This document shows positions 1 to 13,457 of a stretch of DNA of 64,000 nt, in pieces. Source of the stretch: the human T2T-CHM13v2.0 reference genome, Homo sapiens; NCBI RefSeq assembly GCF_009914755.1, contig NC_060926.1; one strand, given 5' to 3'. The first letter of the stretch is position 1. Each line of letters begins with the position of its first letter. The translations under genes were made by a program, and so were the position numbers. A model generated the notes under the pieces. That model was not told the DNA's origin and searched no databases. It saw only the letters and a program-made list of their open reading frames with translations.

Positions 1-619
1 ACGTCTGTCCTGCTCAGGCCTTAGGGCAGCAGTGGGCTGGGGCTGGGGGTGGGGGTGGGGTGCCAGTGATCTGAGCCCAGCACCTGGCAGCTGCCTGGCT
101 GTTCTTCTACCCAAAAGGGCCTCACGGGCCGGGAGTGGTGACCCCGACCTCCGAGGCCTCGAGGCCCGTCTTGGGCTCTGGACTCTGTGCCAGAGTTTGA
201 GGCCCAGCGCAGCCTCCCTGAGCTCTGAGCCGTCCACCCCGACCCTGGTCTCCAGTCCTGTTTCACCCTCTGGACAGTGTAGATGGTGGCGGGCCCTGTT
301 CTGAGGCGTGGATGTGAGGACCCTTCAAGAGACTGACTGGGCCCAGAGTCCAGGCAAGGCCCACCTGGGTACCAGGCCCGGGGTTGGGGGCTGGGCAGGG
401 AGGGGCCCCCAGCAGTCCCCAGTCAGGGTGGGGTGGGTGGGGCGGCAGCCAGGCCAAAGCACCCCCACCACAGGGAGAGTCCTGAGGGACCCCTGCACCC
501 TCCACAGGCCCCTCACCTATGCTGCAGCCTTGTGAGGGGTCACTGTCCCCAGAGGGAAAGATCGAGGCTGGGTGAGAGGCAGGTGTGGGTCCCTCCCAGC
601 TGCACCGCAGGGACCTACT

Positions 620-660
620 CCCATTTCACAGACAGGTTCACTGAGGTTCAGAGAGGCACT
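620..660. mobile_element. MIR fragment
   Basis: ccatttcacagac...actgaggttcagagagg resembles the MIR core. Confidence 0.5.
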
Positions 661-748
661 GAGTCCAGGGTCCCTCAGAGTGGGGCACAGTGCTAGTGCC
701 CGCTCTGGCAACCCTGGTGACGGTGGCCAGTGCCCGTGCCCCCCACAG

Positions 749-894
749 ATGCGTGGAGTGTGATCGCCTCGCCCTTCCTGCCCAAGTACCTGTCCTCGCC
801 TCGCTGTGCTGCACTGCACGGGGAGCTCTACCTCATTGGGGACAACACCAAGAAGGTCTACGTGTACGACCCCGGGGCCAACCTGTGGCAGAAG
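749..894 (+). CDS. KLHL30: Kelch-like protein 30, penultimate coding exon
   Basis: cag|AT acceptor and AAG|gtgggc donor; encodes (D)[48 protein letters not shown], a Kelch blade; joins exon at 2555 in frame. Confidence 0.93.
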
Positions 895-977
895 GTGGGC
901 CGCCCCCTCCCCCAACATGTGTGAGCCCCTGCCCAGGACTCCTGACATCAGAGAGCCAGCCTGGGAAGTGAGGGATG

Positions 978-1196
978 GGGTGCCACAGAGGGCCCACTGC
1001 GAAGGGGACAGCGCAGGCTGGGGTGCCCACAGAGGGCCCACAGTGAAGGGGGTGGCGCAGGCTGGGGTGCCCACAGAGGGCCCACAGTGAAGAGGGTGGC
1101 GCAGGCTGGGGTGCCCACAGAGGGCCCACAATGAAGGGGGTGGTGCAGGCTGGGGTGCCCACAGAGGGCCCACAATAAAGTGGGTGGCGCAGGCTG
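978..1196. repeat. 44-bp minisatellite, about 5 copies
   Basis: Unit gggtgcccacagagggcccacagtgaagggggtggcgcaggctg starting at 978, 1021, 1065, 1109 and 1153. Confidence 0.95.
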
Positions 1197-2554
1197 AGAT
1201 CCCCCCAGGCTACAAGGTGACAATAGTGCCCTGGCCCGAGTCCCCTTGAGGACAGGGGTGACGGTGATGGTGGGAGAACGCGATTTGGGTTGCCGGCCAC
1301 TGGTGCTCTGTCCCTGCACACCCAGCTTCCTACAGAGGAGTGGCCTGTCCTCCTTCTCAGGGAGAAAAGCCAGGTTCAGCCGGAGGGTACTATAGGGACC
1401 AGGAGGGAGGGCATCCTCTGCCCCAGGGTGGCCAAGTTGGGGAGGGGGTTCCTGAGCTGAGGGTGAGGTGAGAGCCACCAGCCTGGGGGCTTTCCTGTTG
1501 TCCTCAGTGCCATCCCACCATGGCCCACTCTTTGACCATCAGTGCCTGAGGAAGGGGAGGGAGGTGAGCCTCTGGGCGGCCTCCCTGGTGAAGGGGACAG
1601 TGCCCAGGAAGTTGGGGATGGGTCCTGGCACCAAGCCAGATGCCCTGGACCTGCCCACCTGCCCCAAGACTCCCAGTCCCTGCAGGCTGAGAAGGTGGAA
1701 CTCCTTCCTGCAGCCCCCCTGCAGGCTGCTGGCCTGGTGACAGCAGGACTTCTGCAATCCTGCTGCCCACAGCTGTCCCCTGGCGTCACTGCTCAGCTGA
1801 CCCAGGGCCCCCATTACAGCGGTGAGACAGGTGCAGGGTGGGCCCTGCCAGGCTAGCGTGTCTGCCTGGGCCCTCCCAGCTGGGCCACAGCCAGGCCTTC
1901 CTCCAGCCCAGGCCACTGTCCCAGGCTCAGGTCCCAGCACAGCAGGGCTCTGCCTTACCCTCTCCAGGCCTGGGTCCTCACCTCTTCCCTGTCTTCATCT
2001 GGAGGCCACAGACCGGCCTCCCGCTTCCCACCCGCCCGGGCTCTTCCTGAAGCCGCAGCTCTCTCCAGCCTCTGGAAAGCCACCCGCCCTCACCCCACAA
2101 CCCCTCCCAGGGGCACTCCCAAGGCCATAGACTGAGCAGGGGGTGCAGGGGTGAGGCAAGGGAACCCACGGTGGGCTTGTCTAGGCTTTTCCTGATTGTC
2201 TGCCAGGCTGAGCCACACCTGTCTCCTGTGAGACAGCGAAGCCTCAGTGAGGCCTCGAGTCAGCCCGGACCTCCCCGGGAGGCCTCAGGGCCCCATCTGA
2301 CTGCAGGGGTTGGAAGTGTCATCCCAAGGGCTGAGGGTCAGAGAGGGAAAGGGACCTCCCCACCAAAAGAAGAGTCTGAGGAGGCTGGAGGGGCTGCGGT
2401 GGGCTGCCCAGGGACTCTGCGCTCATGCCCTGGAGGGGATCTGGGCCAGGTGGCTGGCTGTCCTCTCTGCCACTCCCCCGACCCTGCTGAGGGCACCCTC
2501 AGCCCTGCTCTCCAGCTCCCGCCCACCGGACGCTAACCCGCTGACCGTGCACAG

Positions 2555-2806
2555 GTGCAGTCACAGCACAGCCTGCATGAGAACGGCGCGCTGGTGCCAC
2601 TGGGTGATGCGCTGTACGTGACGGGCGGCCGCTGGCAGGGCATGGAAGGTGACTACCACGTGGAGATGGAGGCCTACGACACGGTTCGGGACACCTGGAC
2701 CCGCCACGGCGCCCTGCCCCGGCTCTGGCTCTACCACGGGGCCTCCACCGTCTTCCTGGATGTCTCCAAGTGGACCCAGCCCTCCGGCCCCACCCAGGAG
2801 CACTAA
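2555..2806 (+). CDS. KLHL30: Kelch-like protein 30, last coding exon
   Basis: acag|GTG acceptor; VQSQHSLHENGALVPLGDALYVTGGRW...YDTVRDTW...PTQEH then TAA; Kelch GG/Y/W pattern. Confidence 0.93.
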   Translation: MQSQHSLHENGALVPLGDALYVTGGRWQGMEGDYHVEMEAYDTVRDTWTRHGALPRLWLYHGASTVFLDVSKWTQPSGPTQEH

Positions 2807-4100
2807 ACCAGGGCCAGGGTCCCCGGGGAGGAGTCCCCACAGCGGCCCCTCATCAGCCTGTGGAACGGCCCCTTTCATTTTCGCTTATTTGTTCACTCGG
2901 AGCTACCATTCCTTCCAAGCTGCGCTCAGGCCACCAGGGGTGATCAGACGGCATGGCTTGGAGGACACAGCCTTGGTCTCTGTGGCCACCACACTAAACT
3001 CCGAGCTGAGCAGTGACAAGGGCCTGAGTGCCAGACGCTGGCATAACAGGGACAGGAAGCTCTGCTGCCCCTGGGGTTCCCGAGACCTCAGAGAGGGGAG
3101 CCGGGGGCCGGGCCAGCATTCCCAGAGCTTGCGAGCCCCACTCCTGCCCCTGGACCCCAGCAGGGGCTTTTGGAGCAGTTGCATGAATGTGGGGTGAACA
3201 CGGAGCGTCCCAGAAAGCTGAGGCTGCTGGGGAAGGCAGGCCCCGGAGATGGGATCAGCACCAGGTCCTCGTGGGCCTGCTTCTGCCCAGCTCACGGCAG
3301 CGTAACTGTGGCCAGCCACCTCCCCTCTCTGGGCTTCAAGCTCCGCGTCCACCACACACGGGGCTGGCTGTGTGGGCTTTGGGTCCCCACTCAGGCTTTG
3401 CATGTTGGTGCTGTGTTTCTGCTTCTGTGGACAAAGGAGGCCCCCACCCATCTCTTGCACCCAGAGGGCGGTGCCCACAGAGGCACCAGGAAGGAGGGAG
3501 GCAGGGCGTGGGGCGGGGCTGGAGGGTCCCAGGGAGGTGAGCAGTTTTGCTCTCAGAAGGGATTGCCTCCGTCTCTGTGTGTCAGAACAAAGGCTCTTCA
3601 TTAGAATGGAATTTCCCACCAGGGGACGACTCTTGGGTGCATTGGTGGCAGCCTCCTGAGGGTGAGGGGTAGCATCCGATGGGCCCCTGCCAGCATGCAG
3701 CCCGACTCCGGCTGGCTCAGGCTCCGAGTGGCTTCTCCCTCATCCTGAATGAGGCACCCACCTTTGCAGCTAAGGAGACAATGAAGGACTCTCCCTGGGT
3801 GCCCAATGGCGTGTCCCTCCTGTCACAGGCTCCGCCCTGGGACATGGGGCTAGAAGTCAGGAGTCGGGCCCGGCCAGGCACAGGCCCTGGTGTTGCCCCA
3901 GAGGCCCTGGGCAGCTCCGGTCTCCCGCCGGATCCAGGCTTCCTCTCCAGGACCAGCCCCTGGGTTCCTCCTTAACACCCCCCGCCCCTGGGGACCAGAG
4001 GGGCCTCTGACATCCTTGGGTTCTGAGGACGGAAACCCCTGAGCCTCTTGAGCTTCTGTAGGTAGGGATCTGCTTTGCTCCCAGACCTGCCTCTCATAGC

Positions 4101-4393
<293 letters not shown>

Positions 4394-4649
4394 GGAGAAG
4401 TGAGTTGACCCTGGAGGGCCAGACAGAGTGGGGCCTCTGGGTGCTACCAAAGGAACAAGAGCCCAGAGCTGAGGAGACCTTCGGTGGCAGATGGATTGGA
4501 TGAAGCAAGGGTGAGGGTTTCTGGGGCCCTGGGCTCTGTTTCCATGTGGAAATCTGAAATGTTTTCTAGACAGTGATGGAAGGAGGTCAGCCAAAGGGCT
4601 GTTTAAAAACAAAGCCTCCATGTAAACCATTTCTGCAAGAATATTTTAA

Positions 4650-4665
4650 AATAAATAAAAATAAA
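4650..4665 (+). terminator. KLHL30: KLHL30 polyadenylation signal cluster
   Basis: Three overlapping or adjacent AATAAA (4650, 4654, 4660) about 1.85 kb after the stop codon. Confidence 0.75.
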
Positions 4666-5927
4666 ACTGAAGACATGAAATGTCAAAATAGGCTGGCTTT
4701 GATCACAAAGTAGCCAAAAGGGCGGCATGCCAGAGCAACGCCTGCTGTCCACCCCTGCACACCCTATGGGAATATGGGCGGTCCTCGGGTGGAAGGAGTG
4801 GGCCTCTCCAGGGCCTGGCTCCCAGCTTTGAGGTGCCAAAGTGCACCTCGTCCGATCAGCTGGGCTCCTGATTCAGGGGGCCATCGCAGCCTTCAGGGCA
4901 CCAGGAGGAAAGGGGCGTCTGCTGGGTATTGAGGTGAGTGGCTAAGGAGAGTTTCACGACGGCCTCTCCCCATGCTGTGGGCAGGGTGAAGGGAGCCCAG
5001 TGGCTGGAGAGGCATCCCAGGACAGCAGCAGTGGGAGTGCCACCCCCGCCACCCCGTCTTGGGAGAAGGGAAAGGGCAGACGCAGACTCCAGGGAGCTGC
5101 TGAGAGAGGGCCTTGGCGGGGGAACGCAGCCACCACCCCTGTTGTCCAGCTGGGAGGAGGTGGCAGAGTCCATCTGCCCTCTCTCTCTGGCCTGCCCCCT
5201 GTCTCCCACTAGCGCCTCCTACAGGCCAAGCCCAACCAGAACCCAGAGGGAAGAGAGGCCATTGACAGGCTGTAGTGGCCACCTGGGGACACAGAACAGG
5301 TGGAGAAGGTGGCCAGGGCACCAGGACGGCGGCCAGAAGGTCCGGCACACGTCACCCACTTGAGAGCTTTGCACGAAGGGACATTAATGCACTCACTCAC
5401 CAAGCGACAGCCATAGGGCAGCCAAGGTATCCCCTTCCATCATCAAAATCCAGGACAGCAAGGACTCATTAGAAGGCTTGAGGCTAATATGGGCTTCTAG
5501 AAAGGGGAGCGCGTAGCCTTGGAACATGTGCAAATGCCCACAGGGGTGTGCGGGCGAAACCCACCTCCAGGCCCCATGTGCTCATGTCCTCCAGGTAGGT
5601 GCGTGTTGTCTTTCCCATAGAGGATGCTGGGTAAACTGAGGCCCCTCAGCCTTCAGTGAGCACACAGGGCCCTCAGCCAGGCCCAGCACTGCCAACTGTA
5701 TCTCAGCTCCCCCGGGTCCCCAAGTAAGCTGGGGCCTAGGCATGCTTCCAGCCACTTCCACCGGACTTGAGTTTTCCAACACCTCACAGACAGGCCCCTT
5801 TTATTATCTGGCATCTTCTCTATTCAGGCAGGGACAGTGGTTGCTGGGATCAGGCCATTGACACCCTCATGTGACTGTAATTAAATGGACTGGTCACCTG
5901 ACAGTTTTCCATAGTCAGTATAGACCA

Positions 5928-6322
5928 TGACATAGCTTGGAGATCTGTCCCCTCCGAATCTCATGTTGAGTCTGTTGAGTCTGATCGCTGGTGTTGGTGT
6001 TGGGCCTGGTGGGAGGCGTTTAGATCATGGGGGCGGATCCCTCAGGCATGGCATGGTGCAGTAACGCTGGTGCGTTCACGGAGAGCTGATCGTTAAAGAG
6101 CCTGACACCTCCCCTGCTCTCCCTTGCTCCCTCACTGTGTGACACACCTGCTCCCCTTCCCCTGCCACCGTGAGTGGAAGCTTCCTGAGGCCTCACCAGA
6201 AGCAGATGCTGGCACTATGCTTCCTGTACATCCTGCAGAACTGTGAGCCAAATAAACCTCTTTTCTTTGTAAATTACCCAGCCTCACATTTTCCTTTATA
6301 GCAAGAAAACAGAAGGATACAG
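5928..6322 (+). mobile_element. MST-family MaLR solo LTR
   Basis: Typical gatcatgggggcggatccctca, gaggcctcaccagaagcagatgctgg and agaactgtgagccaaataaacctcttttcttt...aaattacccagcctca blocks. Confidence 0.85.
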
Positions 6323-7039
6323 GCCACTACTCCAGTTGGTTGGGCCATCAGTTGATCCAGCTGAAAGCATGTGTATGGATGGAGAATGTGCCAATGGCTT
6401 AAGGAGAGAGGGCACAGCCACGTACACAGGAAAGATGCTGCACCTCCGGGGCCGTGTCATTCACCGTCCCTCCCCAGTGCCCGGCGTGGTATCAGCTGAT
6501 CGGTCTGAAGTGTGGCTGCTTCTCCCGGACTCTGCAGCACCAGGTACGTGGCAGGGCAGCCAGGTGTGTGGCTGTCACTGAGACTGAGGTAGACTAGGAC
6601 AGGAATCTCCATGGGGGAAGTATCCTGTTTGGAACAAACCCCAGGAGACATCATGACTCCCTCAGAAGCCAAGACGATTTTGATCACAGTCACATTTAAG
6701 AATGTGATTCTTTCCAAAATGGCATTGCATTCAACTGAGAGGAGAGCTAAAGATGATTATTTTAATTAATCTATTAAAAACATGTAGACAATTAGCAGAA
6801 AACTCAAGAGACCCTCTGGGCAGGAGTGAGAAAGAATTGTCTCCCGAGAGACCCGAGACTGCCCACACACCCATGCAGGAGGCCACAATGTATTCCGAGT
6901 GCTCGGCCTGGTGCCGGCACGTCATGGGAACTGCACAACTGCACAAATGCTCACTGAACTGAACTAAATCTGTGGGTTCTCCAGAGCAACTGACCTCAAG
7001 TTGTAGGGGCCAGACCTGGATGTGGTTTCATTTGATGGC

Positions 7040-7110
7040 TCTGTGACCTTGGGCCAATCCCAAGATCTGAGCCTCAGTTTCCTCATCTGTGCAATGGGGA
7101 TAATCACACG
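7040..7110. mobile_element. MIR fragment
   Basis: ctgtgaccttgggc...gagcctcagtttcctcatctgtgcaatggggataat MIR core. Confidence 0.7.
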
Positions 7111-8722
7111 ATTTGCAAATTAGATGACGTCGTGGGCTTGCAAGGCCCAGTAAACAGCGAAGGCTACCCGCCTGGGCCTCTGGAGGCCACACAACAAGCT
7201 GACTTCACGGTCCCACTGTTTTCAGGGCAGAGGGAGGTTTTATTCCCATGACTTCATCGGCAAAGGTCCTTCCTCTGGAGGAAGAGAGAAGAGTGGGAAC
7301 AGCTTGGCTGCATCAGGCTGCTGGGAAGCCAGGCCCGGGCCGTGACATGAGGGCCCAAGAATGAGGATTAGATTTCAGCCAGGCGTGAAGGCGCATGGGG
7401 GAGGCCACTTCCTGCTCCAGTGATCCCCGTTCTGTGGCCATTCATTTAGTTCTTCCATCCTGGGATGTCCTGGCTCACCCCGATGCCAGCCCCACTTCTG
7501 ACCCATGGGCTGCTCCTGCAGGGGGAGGCCCCCATTTCTGCTGCTCCTTGATCTGCGCAATTCTTTGCTAAGCTCCACCTTCCTCTGAGTGAAAGCCACT
7601 TTGAAATGTGAACGCAGACACATGCAGGGGCCCCACCTGAAGACCCCCGGCCTCTCTGCTCTCTGTCCCCAACCCAGGCGGAGTCATCCTCTCAGGATAG
7701 TGTTACAGGAGGCTGCCCCAGCACCAGAACCGATTGGATTTGGGCCTCTGGCAGGGCCCATGACATCATGAGGATTGTTCATTGTTTGGGAAAATAACTT
7801 TTTCACATGGCAACGGCTCCTGTCCTCAATGCTGGCCTGAAAGCTGGGGCCCCCCACTGTGAAGTGGAATGACATCACACTAGTATCTTAAGGGTAATGT
7901 TCCCCAAATCAGGGCACCTCATCCCTGCGTATCCTCAGTGTTGCCGACGGTGGCAGAGCCTGAGCATCACCTTCCCAGGGCTCGGGTGGGGCCAAACAGC
8001 ATCCACCTTGAGCCATAGCTGCAGCCAGGGCCCCAGAGGGAATTCAGACCTGTGGGATGCCCATTCCTCACAGGGAAAAGATGGGGCTATGTTTTCTGCA
8101 GTAATGCTCCAACTCATCACGCACCTCTTATTTCACACCAACTAGAATAGGAGGAACCCTAACAAGCCAAACATAAGGCCGTGAAGATGTAACCTGTCCA
8201 GTGGGCAGGAGGGCCTCTGCAGCCCCACGCCGGCTCTGCCCATGGGCTGCGTCCTGGGCAAGCCGCCCACCTCTCTGGGCTAATTGGTGGGGAATCAAAT
8301 GAGGTGCTGGTGTGGATGAGCTTCTCCAGAAGCAAGAAGGTGCCATTCACACAGCTGCAACTCCTGGGGACAGGAGCCCCTCTCTACCAGCAGAGTACAG
8401 GAGAACATGGCACGCCAGGGTCCTGTGGTCCACAGATACAGTCCCTCTGAATAAGTGAAACCGAATGAAATGTTAACACATTACACCGAATGTGCATGTC
8501 ACATTCAGACATGTCATGACAAAGTTCCACACATCAGGCTTCTTAACAGACATTCCAATAGAACCAGACATGAAAACCCACCAGAGAAACCCTTCACTCT
8601 CTGAGGGCCTTAAGACATCTCCCTCATATGCGTGATTTTGGGAGCAAATGTCCTTAATTGTGACAAACCTGCAGAATGTTTGCAGGTGAAATAAGTTCAG
8701 ATATCTTGCTGGGCACATATGA

Positions 8723-9126
<404 letters not shown>

Positions 9127-10539
9127 CATTTGTGGCTTTTAAAGGCAGGACTTCCCTCTTGTGTCCTCACCTGCCATTGAAAGACATCTTCACAGAGTAA
9201 GTCCATGGGACTTACCCCTGCCGGGCAGATTCTCATGCTGGGCAGGGTATGTTTTTCTTTAAACGTCCTCCCCACCCAACTCTACACCATTCCCATATCC
9301 TATGGGAAAAGGGGTGGAATCACAGGGAATAATTACCTTCTGATCCCATGCTTTTCCTAAAGTATGAAGTATTTCCTGGTTTCCCCACCTGCCAGGCATG
9401 AGGCCAGCCAGGTGGAACATCGCATGAGTGGCCAGAAAAGGCAGGCGACAAAGGCCAGCTTGCATCTGAGGACGGAACCTGGCCCATCCCCAAGCCTGGG
9501 GGGCACCACCTGCGGCTGCTGGTGCCCCTTTCAGTCCCTGCTGCCACATCCTGTGAACCAGGACAGGGTAAGGCCTCCTTTCCCCAGCGGGCTCTTCTCA
9601 AAAGAGTTCCCCGGGAACAGCAGCCCTCGGTGTGAGTGTAAGGTACTTTTCCAGCGGAGCCTTCTCCCGTTCTTTAACAAAAAGCACTGTGTACCCACCA
9701 GGGGCAGGTGCCTCGGGGGTGGGGCAAGCGAGCCAAGTGTGCGACCCTCCTCGGCTTAGCGTCCAGTGGTGGGGCAGATAGCCAAAAGGGCATGCGATAT
9801 AACAAAGCCAGGGGTAGGGTGGGGCTGGGGCTGGCTCTTTCCTGGTAGGGCCGCCCAGAGGCCTCTCTGCCACCTTCTCCGAGGCCTGCAGGGTCTGGTC
9901 CACCTCTGGGGGCACTGATTCCGGTGGGCGGTGGGCAGCCTGGCTTCCGGTCTGGTCTGCCCCCACACCCCCGCTAGGGCACGATAGGGGTCAGTTCTCC
10001 CAGCCCAGGCCCCGCTCAGCCCCACCAGGGCAGGGCGGCTGTCCTGAGTTGTTTCTTGGCTCCCTGCGTCTTCTGGGTCCCGGCAGGTGCGACAGGTGGG
10101 GAAGAACAGTGAATCCCTGCGCTCAGAGCACGCCAGCCATGGACGGAGGGCGGCCTGGAAAGGGGAGTTCCCGCCTGGGAAAGGGGCGCTGAGAAGGGGC
10201 CCTGAGGGTCTCCCGGCTCAGATTTGCTCCACCTGTGTCATAGAGGCCTGGGCCTTGCGGGGCGCAGCCAGGAGAATGGGGAGGGGGTACCTCGGGGGTC
10301 CCTGCAGAGGACGTGGGGGACAGAGCGGGGAGAAAGGATGCCTCGAGCCGTCTGGGAGGAGGCAGCGCCTGGCTCCCCGCAAAGAAAATGGGGTCGCGAG
10401 GGCCGAGGGTCCAGGGCTGGGAGAAGGGGCGCCTCGCTCCCCAGGAAGCAGAAGCGCTGGACAGCGCGAAGGAGGGATCCCAGAACCAGGAGTTGCAGGG
10501 GGGACGCGCCCAGCAGGGGAACACCCCTCGCTCTCCCTG

Positions 10540-11130
10540 CCCTGCCCCGCTCCCCGTGCCCCCTCCCCCACTCCCCCTCCCCCGCCCGGACACTCCCCCC
10601 ATCCCCATGCAGCGCGCACGGGAGCCGGGAGGGGGCGCGGGCGGGCGCGCGGTCTCGGGCGAGGCGGGGGATTCAAGCGCGTTATAAGGCGAGGAGCCCG
10701 GGGCGTCCGAGACGCCGCGCTCGGAGCCGCGAGGGAACCGCCGCCCGCATGGCCCCGGCCCGCCGCCCCGCCGGAGCCCGCCTGCTGCTCGTCTACGCGG
10801 GCCTGCTGGCCGCCGCCGCCGCGGGCCTGGGGTCCCCGGAGCCTGGGGCGCCCTCGAGGAGCCGCGCCCGCAGGGAGCCGCCGCCCGGGAACGAGCTGCC
10901 CCGGGGCCCCGGGGAGAGCCGCGCGGGGCCGGCCGCTCGTCCGCCGGTAAGACGCCCGGGCCCGCTCCAGACCCAGCCCGCGCCCGCACGCCCCGGCTCG
11001 GGGCGGCGGGAGGCGGACGTGGAGGCCGAGCCCGCCCTCACCCCCGAGGGCTGCTGCATCGCCTGGCACCGGGGCTCCGGGGCTCCGCAGAGACTCAGGG
11101 CCGTGTAGACGCCGCCCTCAGCCCGGCGGG
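10540..11130 (+). promoter_or_regulatory. ERFE: ERFE CpG-island promoter with TATA-like box
   Basis: Dense CpG; GC boxes; TATAAG at 10683-10688, about 65 nt before the ATG at 10749. Confidence 0.8.
10749..10946 (+). CDS. ERFE: Erythroferrone (FAM132B, CTRP15, myonectin) exon 1
   Basis: MAPARRPAGARLLLVYAGLLAAAAAGLG signal peptide, RSRARR basic site; CCG|gtaaga donor; 198 nt. Confidence 0.95.
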
Positions 11131-13334
11131 GCAGCCTTGACTTTGGCTTTGGGGTAGTTTGACTTAAAGCAAGGTTCTACTAGGTCGGCGAAACCCCCCT
11201 TTTCTTTTGGGACAGAAGGAAGTTGGGAAATAGATAAAGTGTAAATAACTTGATTTGAGGAAATTGGGAAGAACGCATTTGTAAAAAGTGTAAGCGAATT
11301 ACTGCCACCGCCCCCAATCTATTTGGTGCAATTATCTGGAAAACAAAAAGTGTTTTCCTGCGGATCTGGGGTCGGGGGGCTGTGCAGGGTGGGGAATGAC
11401 ATGTGGCTTTGAGTCAAGTGATCAGGTGGCTTTTGGCCGTGAGTGGGTGATCTTGAGCTCTGCCCTGCCCCCTCCTCTCCAGGGTTTTGGAGCCTGGACT
11501 GCTGAGCAGAGGGTGGTCCGGTTGGGGAGGTGTGGCCCAGGCCTGAGGAGGGGAGAACTTCAGAGGAGCCCTCAGTGTGGCCGGGCCTTGGGTCAGGGAG
11601 ACAGGGCTGCCCCAGGGAAGCCGGGGTGGGCGGCCGGTGCTGTTTATTCTGAAGATGCTCAGGGGCAGTAGAGGGGAGAGCCAGGAACGCATCTACTAGA
11701 GAGGACAGGGGTGCAGCCAGGCCTGGGGTCCCCCAGAGTTCTCTATCCCGGCCCCATCACACCCAGCCACTTCCCAGGGACTGAAGGCACCCCCTCCCCG
11801 TGCAGTTGGCCAAACCACCCAGGTGGGCACAGCAGCCAAATGTCAGGGCACTGTCAGCAGGAGGCAGACGGGGCTCAGGGGCTTCCAGGTGGAGTTTTGG
11901 CCTTGGACCCTGTTTGTGGGGGACACAGTGACACCAGAGGTCCTCCCAGGCTCCAAGGCTTGTTTCTGAGAGACCCCTTGTGGCTGGAACCAGGGCAGCT
12001 GCCCAATACCCACCCCCATTGCTGGGGCCGTCTCCTGGGACGCCACCTTCTGCCTGTTACAGCTCTACCTGCAAACCACACTGGGGTCAGGGTCCGGCCA
12101 CAGGCCACAGGTGCAGCTGGGAGGGTCAGCTGGGCACACCCCTCCTGGCCGGTGTGCGGCATCCTCGCCCCATGTTTCCACGGAGGGCACACAGGAAGTG
12201 GAAGAGGGTCCTGGGAGGGGGTAGAGGGGAGATCAGCCAGCAGGTGGTGCAGTTGACCCTCTAAGGCACAAGGAAGCACTGAGCAGCGCTGAGGGCCCTG
12301 GGCCCCTGAACCCTTTCTCCGCCCAACCACAGGCTCCTCGGCACCGCAGCCCCCATCTTCCCACCACAACACCCTGGCCTGCGCATTGGTCAGCCAGCTC
12401 CCAAAAGAAGGCCCTGCATCCCCCCAGATCAGCCAGGAACCAAAGGCAGTGACTTGGCAGCCGGCTTTGTCTCTGATAAAAGGGCCCAGTCAGCTCTAAA
12501 ATCCCAGGGTCCTTCCGTCAGCCCCCAGCGTCAGCACCCATGACCTCATCTAAGCCCTCTTGGGCCGGTTTCCTTCCCAGCTGGCAGCCTTGCCTGGAGC
12601 CCAGATAGCCCAAGGCCTCTCCCAGGAAGGTCCCTCCCAAAACTGTGCTCAGTGTCAGCATCAGTCAGGATGCAGCGCGGACAGGAATGGGAACTTCCGG
12701 AAGCATCACTGTCCATGTGTCAGTGTCTCAGAAGTGCTGAGGAAATGAAAGTCTCACACAGAGGCCTCGCGTCATGACAGCTCGCCTGGTCCTCTCCCCC
12801 ACTGGACTGTAACCCGAGGCAGCTGTGAGAGCTGAATTTGCCTCCTTAGAACTTCTGACACTGGGGGAGGATGGACAGAGGAGGGTTGGCTAGTAGTTGG
12901 GCTCCCTGATAATCACAGTTGCTTCTTCCTGAGCACCTATGGGTGCTCCAGTGGTCGGATCCTCCTGGTGACTGGAGGACGGTGTGATCACTGCAGCTCC
13001 TCTGGAGGAAGGAGGCCCAGCAGTACGGGGATTCACCCCGATATCCAAGCCCTGCACCCCATTTTCCCTCCAGGCATCTTGGGTCTGCCTCTCCCATGAG
13101 TGCCAAGTCCAGGCCGAGGTGTGGCCCGTTCCCTAGGAGTCATCCTCCACGGGCCGGGGGAGAAGCTGTGAGGGGTTGGGGCCCCTTTGGGAGCTGCCTT
13201 TGAGGGCACCACAGGTGACAAGGACCAGGGTCCCAGAGTACAGAAGGCCACACAGTCACCTCCTGCAAAGTGTCCCACCTGCTTGGTAGGAGCCCAGTGA
13301 GGCCAACCGCCCTGCTGGGCTGGCTGTGTTCCAG

Positions 13335-13457
13335 GAGCCCACCGCTGAGCGTGCACACAGCGTCGACCCCCGGGACGCCTGGATGCTCTTCGTCAGGCAG
13401 AGTGACAAGGGTGTCAATGGCAAGAAGAGGAGCAGGGGCAAGGCCAAGAAGCTGAAG
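13335..13457 (+). CDS. ERFE: Erythroferrone exon 2
   Basis: ccag|GAG and AAG|gtgagg; [41 protein letters not shown] (contains W82 and a polybasic stretch); 123 nt. Confidence 0.95.

Noticed and set aside
34-60. G-run tract able to form a G-quadruplex (similar tracts near 10550-10670)
   Set aside because: Common in GC-rich subtelomeric DNA; nothing locus-specific can be supported from sequence alone
978-1196. Regular repeats as a possible CRISPR-like array
   Set aside because: Head-to-tail units without unique spacers in eukaryotic DNA; an ordinary minisatellite
517-1478. Repetitive minus-strand ORFs (VGPLWAPQPA...)
   Set aside because: Translations of the 44-bp VNTR in rotating frames
10087-11108. 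Several overlapping ORFs of about 280-295 aa on both strands at the ERFE promoter
   Set aside because: Stop-poor CpG island; only 10749-10946 has a signal peptide, a splice donor and continuity with later exons
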